From contig JANXDW010000015.1 of the NCBI GenBank assembly GCA_025058515.1, positions 16,937 to 40,936 of the forward strand: a DNA stretch of 24,000 nt, written 5' to 3'. The position numbers and the translations under genes were made by a program. The notes under the pieces are model-generated. The model was given only the letters and a program-made list of their open reading frames with translations, had not been told where the DNA came from and did no database searches. The number at the start of each line of letters is the position of its first letter. Within the stretch, counting starts at the first letter, position 1. The DNA is from Aigarchaeota archaeon (lineage in GTDB: Archaea > Thermoproteota > Nitrososphaeria_A > Caldarchaeales > Wolframiiraptoraceae). Of the stretch, positions 9,160 through 16,856 are shown one piece after another.

Positions 9160-10182
9160 ATGAATGATAACTTTTCAATCATATCATTAAAGAAGAAGAA
9201 GCTGATCCTAGTACTGATCTCTGGAATATCTTTAACCATATTTTTCAGTTTAACCTCATTATTTATTGGTGCAGTAAAATTAGATTTAATCAACTTATTA
9301 TTCGGTAAGAGTGATGTAAAAAATCTTGAACTAGTAATGAATGTGAGAGCTCCTAGAATCGTCACTGCAATAATAGTTGGTGCTTCTCTCTCAGTAGCTG
9401 GAGCAGTGATGCAGAATATTTTTAGAAATCCTTTAGTAGACCCCTACATCACAGGTGTTGCTTCTGGAGCTGCATTCACTACTTCTCTCTCAGTACTTCT
9501 CGGAATAACCTTCTTATCCCCTGCATCACTATATGCTCTACCAGTAATGGCTTTTATAGGTGCTATCATTGCTTTAATCTTAACTCTCTTCTTTGCACGG
9601 TTGGCGGGCGGTACATATCTCAGTCTCCTTCTCTCAGGGATTGCGATCAGCTTTCTCTTCTCATCTGCTACAACTATAGTCGTCACTACATCTGCTGGAA
9701 AGACTTACGGAATTATCTTCTGGCTCTTTGGAAGTCTTATTACATCTTCATGGAAGTTTATCTATATTATGGCTCCTATCTCTATAGTCGTTCTATGCTA
9801 TATATTGTTTAATGCTAGAAGAATGAATGTTTTGATGTTGGGGGATGATGAAGCCCGTCAACTAGGTGTAAACGTATCTTCTCTTAGACGGAATTTTGTA
9901 ATATCATTATCTCTCCTTACTTCTATTAGTGTAGCATTTAATGGTATTATTGGCTTCATTGGATTGATCGCACCACATATCTCACGACTACTAGTAGGAG
10001 AAGATCATAGAATATTACTACCTTCAACTATCTTTACAGGAGGGATAATACTTATCTTAGCAGATCTAGCTGCTAGGACTTTCATAGCACCTGCAGAACT
10101 ACCGATAGGAGCTCTAACATCATCGATCGGTGCACCATTCTTTCTATTCCTCTTAATAAAGATGCATAGAAGACATAGATAA
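9160..10182 (+). CDS. FecCD-family ABC permease (iron-chelate/cobalamin, BtuC-like)
   Basis: 340 aa polytopic protein. APRIVTAIIVGASLSVAGAVMQNIFRNPLVDPYITGVASGAA and PIGALTSSIGAPFFLFLL are FecCD signature regions. Confidence 0.88.
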   Translation: MNDNFSIISLKKKKLILVLISGISLTIFFSLTSLFIGAVKLDLINLLFGKSDVKNLELVMNVRAPRIVTAIIVGASLSVAGAVMQNIFRNPLVDPYITGVASGAAFTTSLSVLLGITFLSPASLYALPVMAFIGAIIALILTLFFARLAGGTYLSLLLSGIAISFLFSSATTIVVTTSAGKTYGIIFWLFGSLITSSWKFIYIMAPISIVVLCYILFNARRMNVLMLGDDEARQLGVNVSSLRRNFVISLSLLTSISVAFNGIIGFIGLIAPHISRLLVGEDHRILLPSTIFTGGIILILADLAARTFIAPAELPIGALTSSIGAPFFLFLLIKMHRRHR

Positions 10183-10289
10183 GATAATAGAGGGTTCTAT
10201 GCTCTATATAATGATTCAATATAGTTATTATACTATTCTAGCTTGGGAAGAGGTTTTTAAATTAGGTGATGTATTTGAGATAGAGGAAT

Positions 10290-11597
10290 ATGAGTCGATA
10301 CATGTCCTCAACACCAGGTTCTCGTGAACTATTCAAGAGGGCTAAGAGATCTATCCCAGGTGGTGTAACATACTCGATTAGATACTTCGAGCCTTATCCA
10401 CTCTACGTCTCTAAAGCACGTGGACAGAAGATATGGGATGTAGATGGAAATGAGTATACAGATTACTGGATGGGTCATGGAGCGAAGATAATGGGTCACT
10501 GCTATCCACCTGTAATAGAGGTCGCTCGGAAATACTTGGAACTAGGAGTACACGTAGGTCTTCCCCATGAATTAGAGATTAGACTAGCTGAACAGATTTG
10601 TAGGATGGTTCCAAGTGTAGAGATGGTTAGATTCACCAATAGTGGTACTGAAGCGAATATGTATGTAGTTAGACTCGCAAGAGGATATACTAAGAGAAAG
10701 GAGATAGTAAAGTTTGAAGGGTGCTGGCATGGAGGATACGATGCTCTACATATCGCTGTTAAACCACCTTATGAAAGACTAAACTTAGGAGTAACAGAAG
10801 AAGCAGTAAAAGATACTGTAATCTTACCCTATAATGATTTAGAAATAGTAGATAGAGAGATTAGGAAGAGGAGAGTAGCAGCAGTCTTCGTTGAACCAGT
10901 TGCAGGTGCTGGAGGCATGATCCCAGCAACTCCTGAATTTCTAAAAACTCTCAGAGAAGCATGTGATGATACAGGAGCACTACTTGTATTCGATGAGGTT
11001 ATAACAGGTTTCAGGTTATCGCCTGGAGGTGCACAGCAGATCTATGGAGTTCGCCCAGACATAACTGTATTCGGTAAGATAGTTGGGGGTGGAGAGTTTG
11101 CTGTAGGAGCATTCGGTGGAAAAGCTGAGGTCATGAGCTTACTCGACCAAGATAAGTATCCGAGCCCTCATGATAGAGTTTTTCAAGGTGGGACATTCTC
11201 AGCAAACATATTGACGATGGCTGCTGGATATACTCTCTTATCAGAACTAGAGAAGAGACCTGAAGTTTATGTTCATATAAATACGTTGGGTGAGCGGCTG
11301 AGAAGAGAGGTTAGTGAATTGTTCGAGAAGCATAGAGTAACTGGATATATGACTGGCATAGGCTCTCTAGTTGGAATCCACTTTACACCAATATTTCCAA
11401 AAGACATCAAGACAGCTCAATTGATGAAGAATGAAGAGATGCATAGAAGATACTTTAGACATCTATTAGAAAATAGGATAATAGCGTTGACACAAGAATC
11501 ACAACATTTCTTCATCTCGAATTCTCACACAGTAGAAGATCTTGAAAATCTAATTAATGTAACAGAAGAATTCATAAAGATTGAAAAGCATAGATGA
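10290..11597 (+). CDS. glutamate-1-semialdehyde 2,1-aminomutase family protein (HemL-like, class III PLP aminotransferase), diverged
   Basis: Collinear with HemL over its full length: SIPGGV..., NSGTEAN, FEGCWHG, VEPVAG, FDEVITGFRL and the PLP-lysine context FGKIVGGG. The canonical GGVNSPVRAF and AGTLSGNP regions read GGVTYSIRYF and GGTFSANI, so true HemL activity is not assured. Confidence 0.7.
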   Translation: MSRYMSSTPGSRELFKRAKRSIPGGVTYSIRYFEPYPLYVSKARGQKIWDVDGNEYTDYWMGHGAKIMGHCYPPVIEVARKYLELGVHVGLPHELEIRLAEQICRMVPSVEMVRFTNSGTEANMYVVRLARGYTKRKEIVKFEGCWHGGYDALHIAVKPPYERLNLGVTEEAVKDTVILPYNDLEIVDREIRKRRVAAVFVEPVAGAGGMIPATPEFLKTLREACDDTGALLVFDEVITGFRLSPGGAQQIYGVRPDITVFGKIVGGGEFAVGAFGGKAEVMSLLDQDKYPSPHDRVFQGGTFSANILTMAAGYTLLSELEKRPEVYVHINTLGERLRREVSELFEKHRVTGYMTGIGSLVGIHFTPIFPKDIKTAQLMKNEEMHRRYFRHLLENRIIALTQESQHFFISNSHTVEDLENLINVTEEFIKIEKHR

Positions 11598-11719
11598 GAA
11601 GATCCACGATGGCATAAGTAACCTCTAGAGATAAATAGATCAGCTCTGATCATTTAGCATACCCTTCTGATGAGCTATCGAAAACATGATAAAGGCTATA
11701 ATTATAAAACTGGAGAAGG

Positions 11720-11727
11720 TTTTTAAG
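11720..11727 (+). promoter_or_regulatory. candidate TATA box for tRNA-Phe
   Basis: TTTTTAAG lies 24-31 nt upstream of the tRNA 5' end (11751), the expected archaeal TATA position. Confidence 0.4.
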
Positions 11728-11750
11728 AAACTCTACAAAAGAATAGAATA

Positions 11751-11858
11751 GCCCCGGTAGCTCAGCCCGGGAGAGCGCCCGGCTGAAGACTGCTTAAATT
11801 AAGGTGCGGGATCATCGTAGAAACCGGGTTGTCGCAGGTTCAAATCCTGCCCGGGGCA
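11751..11858 (+). tRNA. tRNA-Phe (GAA) with a 34-nt intron at the canonical 37/38 position
   Basis: Hand-folded cloverleaf. Acceptor GCCCCGG/CCGGGGC with discriminator A; D arm GCTC-AGCCCGGGA-GAGC. Anticodon stem CCCGG (11778-11782) pairs with CCGGG (11824-11828); loop is CTGAAG|A with anticodon GAA at 11785-11787. T arm GCAGG-TTCAAAT-CCTGC. Intron is about 11789-11822 and the mature length is 74 nt. No encoded CCA. Confidence 0.9.
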
Positions 11859-12042
11859 CATCTTACATGTATAAATAATAAAGTTTAATCAAAATAATCA
11901 ATATGAAATAGTTAAGCCATCCAATTATTCAATGAGTGTTTACTAAAAATTCAAAGAGAAAAAACATTTTGATGTATGAATGTCTATCTTTTCTCATTAA
12001 GAGCATTTTATCAACTTACTTCATGTGTAATCTTATCGTTTA

Positions 12043-13257
12043 TTATCTTTTAGTTATCGGGTATAGAGATTCACGATATATCATTGAAATTACATCTTCA
12101 TCTACTGCTACTGGTGTTGCTTCTAATCCAGATCTTAATCCAGGTGTTTCTCTAAATAATCTTAATAGTTCAGGTATATCATTTTCTGTAAAACCATAGT
12201 CAGAAAGCTTCTTTCTCAATCCTATATTGAACATCCATTCTTCAACTTTTACCGCTAGTTCATATGCTTCTCCTGGATTGGCCTTTAGATTAGGAGCTAT
12301 TGGCTCGTAAAGCTCAGTTAAGATTTCTGGTACAGCTGGATAGATCAACTTCAATATAGATGGTAGTAGTATTCCGAGCCCTACTCCGTGAGGAACTTCT
12401 GGATTAAATCCACTCAATGGATGCTCCATACTATGGGTGAGATGAGTCCCAACATGGTCTATTGCTATCCCAGATAACATAGAAGCGTAGAGAAGATAGT
12501 ATCTAGCTAGTAGATTTTCAGGCTCTATTAAAGCGATTGGAAGATATTTGAAGACTAAGTGTGCTGCTTCTCTAGATAGATGTATCGAGAATGGTGTATT
12601 AGTAGTCTTTGTAGCTGCTTCTGTAGCATGGTTTAAACTATCAATAGCAGTTGCGATAGTCTGCCATTTATCAAGCTTAACCAATAATTGTGGGTCATCT
12701 ATGGAATACTGTGGATAAGTTAAAGACATACCTATCTTGTACTTCTTCTCAGGAATAGTCTCTACACCATATCTATTGATCTCTGTTCCCGTTCCATGAG
12801 TAAGATTTATCGCTATAACTGGAAGAGAGTTGCCTGGTTGTTCTCTCTTCATAAATAGTTCTCTAGCATTTCCATCAACTGCTAAGAGACAACCTACAGC
12901 TTTTGCTGTATCTATAGGGCTTCCACCACCTATACCTATTATTGCTTTAACATTGAACTCTCGACCTATATTTACAGCTTCATCAACCATGTCGACAGTT
13001 GGATTTGATAAAACCCTATCATAGATTTGATAATCAAAACCATGTTCTTCAAGAGAATTCTTAACGTAATCCCAAGCCCCTGAGATTTTATAGGAAGACC
13101 TACCAGTAATCAATAAAACTCTATCTATATCTTTGTTCTTAAGTTCACTGAATATGTTTGAGATATATCTTATACCTCCTACTCCGAAGAAGAGTTTTGT
13201 ACCACCATAGGTTATGGTGAAAACACGATTAATGTTGAGCTTACTTTTCCAACTCAT
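12043..13257 (-). CDS. iron-containing (group III) alcohol dehydrogenase family protein
   Basis: 404 aa with GIGGGSPIDTAKA, NLTHGTGTE, and metal-binding His regions THLTHSMEHPLSG and PHGVGLGILLP. Confidence 0.85.
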   Translation of the reverse strand: MSWKSKLNINRVFTITYGGTKLFFGVGGIRYISNIFSELKNKDIDRVLLITGRSSYKISGAWDYVKNSLEEHGFDYQIYDRVLSNPTVDMVDEAVNIGREFNVKAIIGIGGGSPIDTAKAVGCLLAVDGNARELFMKREQPGNSLPVIAINLTHGTGTEINRYGVETIPEKKYKIGMSLTYPQYSIDDPQLLVKLDKWQTIATAIDSLNHATEAATKTTNTPFSIHLSREAAHLVFKYLPIALIEPENLLARYYLLYASMLSGIAIDHVGTHLTHSMEHPLSGFNPEVPHGVGLGILLPSILKLIYPAVPEILTELYEPIAPNLKANPGEAYELAVKVEEWMFNIGLRKKLSDYGFTENDIPELLRLFRETPGLRSGLEATPVAVDEDVISMIYRESLYPITKR

Positions 13258-13345
13258 GCCTATATCAAGAGAGATACTGATATTTAAGAAATATCATGTC
13301 TATCTTTTCATTGAGTTATTATACAATCTCTTCTTTTCGATAAGA

Positions 13346-14827
13346 CTATCTTAAGTTTATGTTTACTTCTTCTCCTTCTCTCAAGATTTCAACCTTTATG
13401 CCTCCTTCTTTCTCTAGAAGCTTTTTGAATTCTCTCGGATTCTCAGTGTGTATTGGGATTACAGTTTTTGGTTTTATCTGTTTAATAATCTCGATCAAGT
13501 CTTCTCTATTAGCATGTCCAGAAGCATGTATCCATCTTCTATCTAATCTCAACAATCTGATCCAATTCTCTACTTTCTCCCACTCTATCTCTTGTTCTTC
13601 ATCATGCGGTTCACTAGTCGATTCGATAATTAGAGACCCTGGAATAGGATTCAGCTCGACTAATTCAGAGATATACTGGAGACCGCTAAATATGAATAAG
13701 TATTCTTCTTGATTTTTACTGATCTCTTCAGCTTTGATAAGAATATCTCTACTTTCTAAATTTTCGTAAAGTTCTTTTAACCATCCTCTATAATATCTCG
13801 ATCCTAAAAAGTATCCATCATGAATTATTGATCTCTTCTCAAAATATACTCTTACATCTTCTAATCTAGGGAGGTTAACTCTGCTCTCAACATCTTTTAA
13901 TGTTTTAATTAGGTGGAAGAGTCTAGGTGATAGAACTGGGACTCTATTACATTCTCTCGCCGCGTCTATCATTGTTTTAAGCCTATCTATATCGAGAGAA
14001 GAGATTACTACTGATATGAGTTTTCCTTTCTTCTTCAAAGATTCTGAGATCGTTTCATTCTTTACCTCTTCCTCAGACTTTATTGTTGAATCCTGTATCC
14101 TCGTACCCTCTATAAGTAAATAGTCTACATTTTCAACCTTCTCAATGAATAATCTCGTATATCTGCTTACAGTTCCATGTAACCTGATGTCACTGGTATA
14201 TGCTATAGATGTTTTATCTACCTCTATATAGAGCCCGAATGTTGCAGGTACAGAATGGTCTATAGGCATAGGTGTAACATCCACTGGAATATCTTTGATC
14301 TTCTTATACTCTTCAAAGATTATAATTGGTCGCTCAACTTCTTCTAGACTCTCCCCAGCTTCTCCTATCTTCTTCAATTCTTCATATCTTCTATCTTTAT
14401 AGATGAAGACTTCTCTATCTATCCCTGTTCTCCCAGATGTTTCGATAGAATGTTCTATCAATGCTTTCATGCTTCTACTTGTAGCTATACTAATCTCTGG
14501 TTTCAAGAAAACTACTGAACCATAGTGATCTAGATGCCCATGAGAGATTATACATCCATCAACATTGATCTCTCTAGAACTTTTTAGAAGCTCTTCATAT
14601 CCAGCGATGTCTTTTCTATAAATCCCACGTATTTCTGGAAGTATACCTATTAGGAGATAATTTCTTAAGATTCTATTGATTCTCTCAAGACCATGACCTA
14701 CATCGTACTCTCTCTTCTTCTTTAGGTTCAATCCGAAATCGATGAATATTGAACCATCTCTTCCAGAGATTAATATCTTGTTGCCCCCGACCTCTTCAAC
14801 TCCACCAAGTAAGCATATAGTAGCCAA
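13346..14827 (-). CDS. rnj: ribonuclease J-like beta-CASP metallo-beta-lactamase RNase (archaeal RNase J)
   Basis: N-terminal ICLLGGVEEVGGNKILI, MBL motif HGHLDHYG, and C-terminal IHASGHANREDLIEIIKQIKPKTVIPIHTE (the RNase J-type H-x-SGHA...P-x-HGE-like motif). There are no KH domains, so it is not aCPSF1. The only available start is TTG at 14827. Confidence 0.75.
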   Translation of the reverse strand: MATICLLGGVEEVGGNKILISGRDGSIFIDFGLNLKKKREYDVGHGLERINRILRNYLLIGILPEIRGIYRKDIAGYEELLKSSREINVDGCIISHGHLDHYGSVVFLKPEISIATSRSMKALIEHSIETSGRTGIDREVFIYKDRRYEELKKIGEAGESLEEVERPIIIFEEYKKIKDIPVDVTPMPIDHSVPATFGLYIEVDKTSIAYTSDIRLHGTVSRYTRLFIEKVENVDYLLIEGTRIQDSTIKSEEEVKNETISESLKKKGKLISVVISSLDIDRLKTMIDAARECNRVPVLSPRLFHLIKTLKDVESRVNLPRLEDVRVYFEKRSIIHDGYFLGSRYYRGWLKELYENLESRDILIKAEEISKNQEEYLFIFSGLQYISELVELNPIPGSLIIESTSEPHDEEQEIEWEKVENWIRLLRLDRRWIHASGHANREDLIEIIKQIKPKTVIPIHTENPREFKKLLEKEGGIKVEILREGEEVNINLR

Positions 14828-14947
14828 ATCTATAAAGAGAGTTCTTCACTAGGTATTTAAGCCTATTAAGGTCTCCCCTTCACTAAAAACCTGTGTCTCC
14901 ATAATATATAGTCTTTAGAGATATATGTTGCCACCTATATTTTAGAT

Positions 14948-16132
14948 GTGGATACGATGGTCTCTATGTTACCTACTGTTAAAGAGTATATGAGGGAAGA
15001 GGTGTATTTTATTGATGGTGAGGATACTCTTAGTAAAGCAGTTGGGATATTTCGAGAGAAAGGTCTACCGATCATAGTCGTCTTAGCTAATTCTAAAAAC
15101 TATTTAGGAATAATAACAGATAGGATAATTTTAAGGTCTACTCTAAACCTTGACGTTATCAAGGCGAAGAACGTTGCATTGAAGATTCCATTATTGAATA
15201 TCGATGATACAGTTGCTAAAGCTGCACGCTTAATGCTTGAGAATACTGTTAAGGGGCTACCCGTATCATCAGAAAATAAGAAGATTATTGGAATTATTAC
15301 TGTAGATGATATTGGTAGAGCAGCTGGTGAGAGACTTTACGCTAAAATGAAGGTAAAAGAAGTTATGACAAGGGATCCTATTACTATAACAGTAGACTCT
15401 ACGATAGGTAAAGCACTAGTCTTGATGAGAGATAATGGTATATCTAGACTTCCAGTAGTTAGAGGCAATAAACTTGTAGGATTGGTTACGATAAGAGATA
15501 TTATAGATAAAGTACTCATGCTTAAGAGTAGAGCTACAAGAGGTGAAGTATCTGGAGAGAAGATTAGAAGCCTAGGATATAAGGTCTCCAATATAATGAC
15601 TAAACATGTTGTTCAATCTTCTCCAGAAGAAGACTTAACTAAGGCTATAAAAAAGATGATAGACCATGATGTCTCATGCTTAGTGATCACTCACTCTAAT
15701 AGAGTAGAAGGGATCTTGACTTGGACTGATATACTAGAGATCGTAGCTTCTTTAGAAGAAAAAGAGAAACCGCCAATAAATATTCAAGTAAGTTATAAGG
15801 TTAAAGATGCATCCCCATCTGAGAAATCTGAGATCATTAAAGTTGCTGAGAGATATATCTCAAAACTAAGTGATGCATTAGGTAATGGGAATCTTCTACT
15901 CCACTTTAAGGAACATAAAGAGAAGCATGGAGAAGAACATCTAATACATTGTAGAGCAAGATTGAGAACAGATAAAGTAGACCTTGTAGGCGTTGGTGAA
16001 GCATGGACTTTAAGTCAAGCAGCTAGAGTAGCTCTAGATAAGATTGAGAGACAGCTACTTACGATAAAAGAATTAGCTGGGAGATACCCGTATACTGAAG
16101 AAGTATTTCGTAGTATTGTTGGAGAACTTTAA
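14948..16132 (+). CDS. four-CBS-domain protein with C-terminal HPF/RaiA (ribosome hibernation factor, S30AE)-like domain
   Basis: Four CBS repeats, each ending in a G(I/L)(I/V)T..D(I)-type motif: LGIITDRIIL, IGIITVDDIG, VGLVTIRDII, EGILTWTDIL. C-terminal aa about 277-375 (nt 15776-16072) read INIQVS...SEKSEIIKVAERYISKLSDAL...LLLHFKEHK...HLIHCRARLRTDKVDLVGVGEA..LSQAARVALDKIERQLLTIKE. That fits the beta-alpha-beta-beta-beta-alpha HPF pattern and its ..AID.L.DKLERQL.K.K ending. The start could be GTG 14948, ATG 14957 or ATG 14966. Confidence 0.6.
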   Translation: MDTMVSMLPTVKEYMREEVYFIDGEDTLSKAVGIFREKGLPIIVVLANSKNYLGIITDRIILRSTLNLDVIKAKNVALKIPLLNIDDTVAKAARLMLENTVKGLPVSSENKKIIGIITVDDIGRAAGERLYAKMKVKEVMTRDPITITVDSTIGKALVLMRDNGISRLPVVRGNKLVGLVTIRDIIDKVLMLKSRATRGEVSGEKIRSLGYKVSNIMTKHVVQSSPEEDLTKAIKKMIDHDVSCLVITHSNRVEGILTWTDILEIVASLEEKEKPPINIQVSYKVKDASPSEKSEIIKVAERYISKLSDALGNGNLLLHFKEHKEKHGEEHLIHCRARLRTDKVDLVGVGEAWTLSQAARVALDKIERQLLTIKELAGRYPYTEEVFRSIVGEL

Positions 16133-16710
16133 AAATTTGGCTCAGCTAAAGCTCTATACAAATTCTTATATGAAGATATAAGCTTCCAGAAGCTGGTGCG
16201 CATCCTAGAGCTAGAATAGATTAAGATTGAGAGTAAGGAGATTATTGAAAATACGTGAACTGAGAATGTTGCGAGTTCATAGTTCATCAAGTAGACCAGT
16301 GGTCCTATATAGTACTCCATCAATATAGGCCATAGTATAGGGTTGTAGGAATGATGTAAGAAATCTATAGATATGTGAGTTAATGCCCCAATACTTGAGA
16401 TCAACCAAATCCTTAACCAGCTTCCACTTACATAATCATTAATCTCAAGAACCTTCTTTAGATATTTAGATCTATAGATGATCATCCCCGTTAAGATGGC
16501 TGCAAATCCATCTACTGTTAATGCTCCAATAATTGAGTGAGCAATACCTCTCGGTATCTCGAAGCCAGCTAAATTCATTAAAGGTATCTCGAGGTCGGGG
16601 ATCATAGCTCCAGTAATCAAGAAGATTCTATCTTTTCTAAGAATCCTTAAGAATGGCCATATGAAAACAATGTGAAGCGGTGTAACAGGCATACATTGAT
16701 TGGTAAGCAT
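16129..16710 (-). CDS. DUF457/YdjM-like membrane-bound metal-dependent hydrolase
   Basis: 193 aa polytopic protein with TPLH near the N-terminus, GAMIPDLE, GIAHSIIGAL and THISIDFLHH, as I recall for DUF457. A TTTAAAT box at about 16716-16724 suggests the real start is ATG 16692 (MPVTPLH...) on a leaderless mRNA. Confidence 0.6.
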   Translation of the reverse strand: MLTNQCMPVTPLHIVFIWPFLRILRKDRIFLITGAMIPDLEIPLMNLAGFEIPRGIAHSIIGALTVDGFAAILTGMIIYRSKYLKKVLEINDYVSGSWLRIWLISSIGALTHISIDFLHHSYNPILWPILMEYYIGPLVYLMNYELATFSVHVFSIISLLSILIYSSSRMRTSFWKLISSYKNLYRALAEPNF

Positions 16711-16856
16711 TCAGATTTAAATTTACCTTGAAATACGATTTCTAAAAAATTGTATCAAATCGATGGATGATTAAATGTCTTAACAGATTAGACCTGTAAA
16801 TTATAGCGATGTATTCGATGATGTTTAGAATAGTGTAATTCTGTTAGCTTTAATAT

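Noticed and set aside
11638-11700. Possible C/D-box sRNA or other ncRNA between the HemL-like gene and tRNA-Phe. The signals are TGATGA at 11668-11673, TGATAA at 11687-11692, CTGA at 11646-11649, and the palindrome GATCAG-CT-CTGATC at 11638-11651.
   Set aside because: The box order and spacing are wrong: there is no terminal D box 50-70 nt downstream of the C-like box, and no terminal stem. The palindrome alone, with a 2-nt spacer, cannot form an RNA hairpin. It is more likely chance or a minor protein site.
11859-12042. An integrated mobile element or att site at the tRNA-Phe 3' end. The same question was asked at tRNA-Trp.
   Set aside because: There is no duplicated copy of either tRNA 3' half elsewhere in the window and no integrase or transposase gene. 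The flanking genes are ordinary metabolic genes.
16711-16856. C-box-like words (GGATGATTA, CGATGATGT) between glnA and the DUF457 gene, as a possible sRNA.
   Set aside because: Neither matches RUGAUGA exactly, and no CTGA D box follows at an appropriate distance on either strand. The region is adequately explained by the glnA oligo-T terminator (A-run at 16744-16749 on plus, which is a T-run on minus) and the DUF457 promoter.
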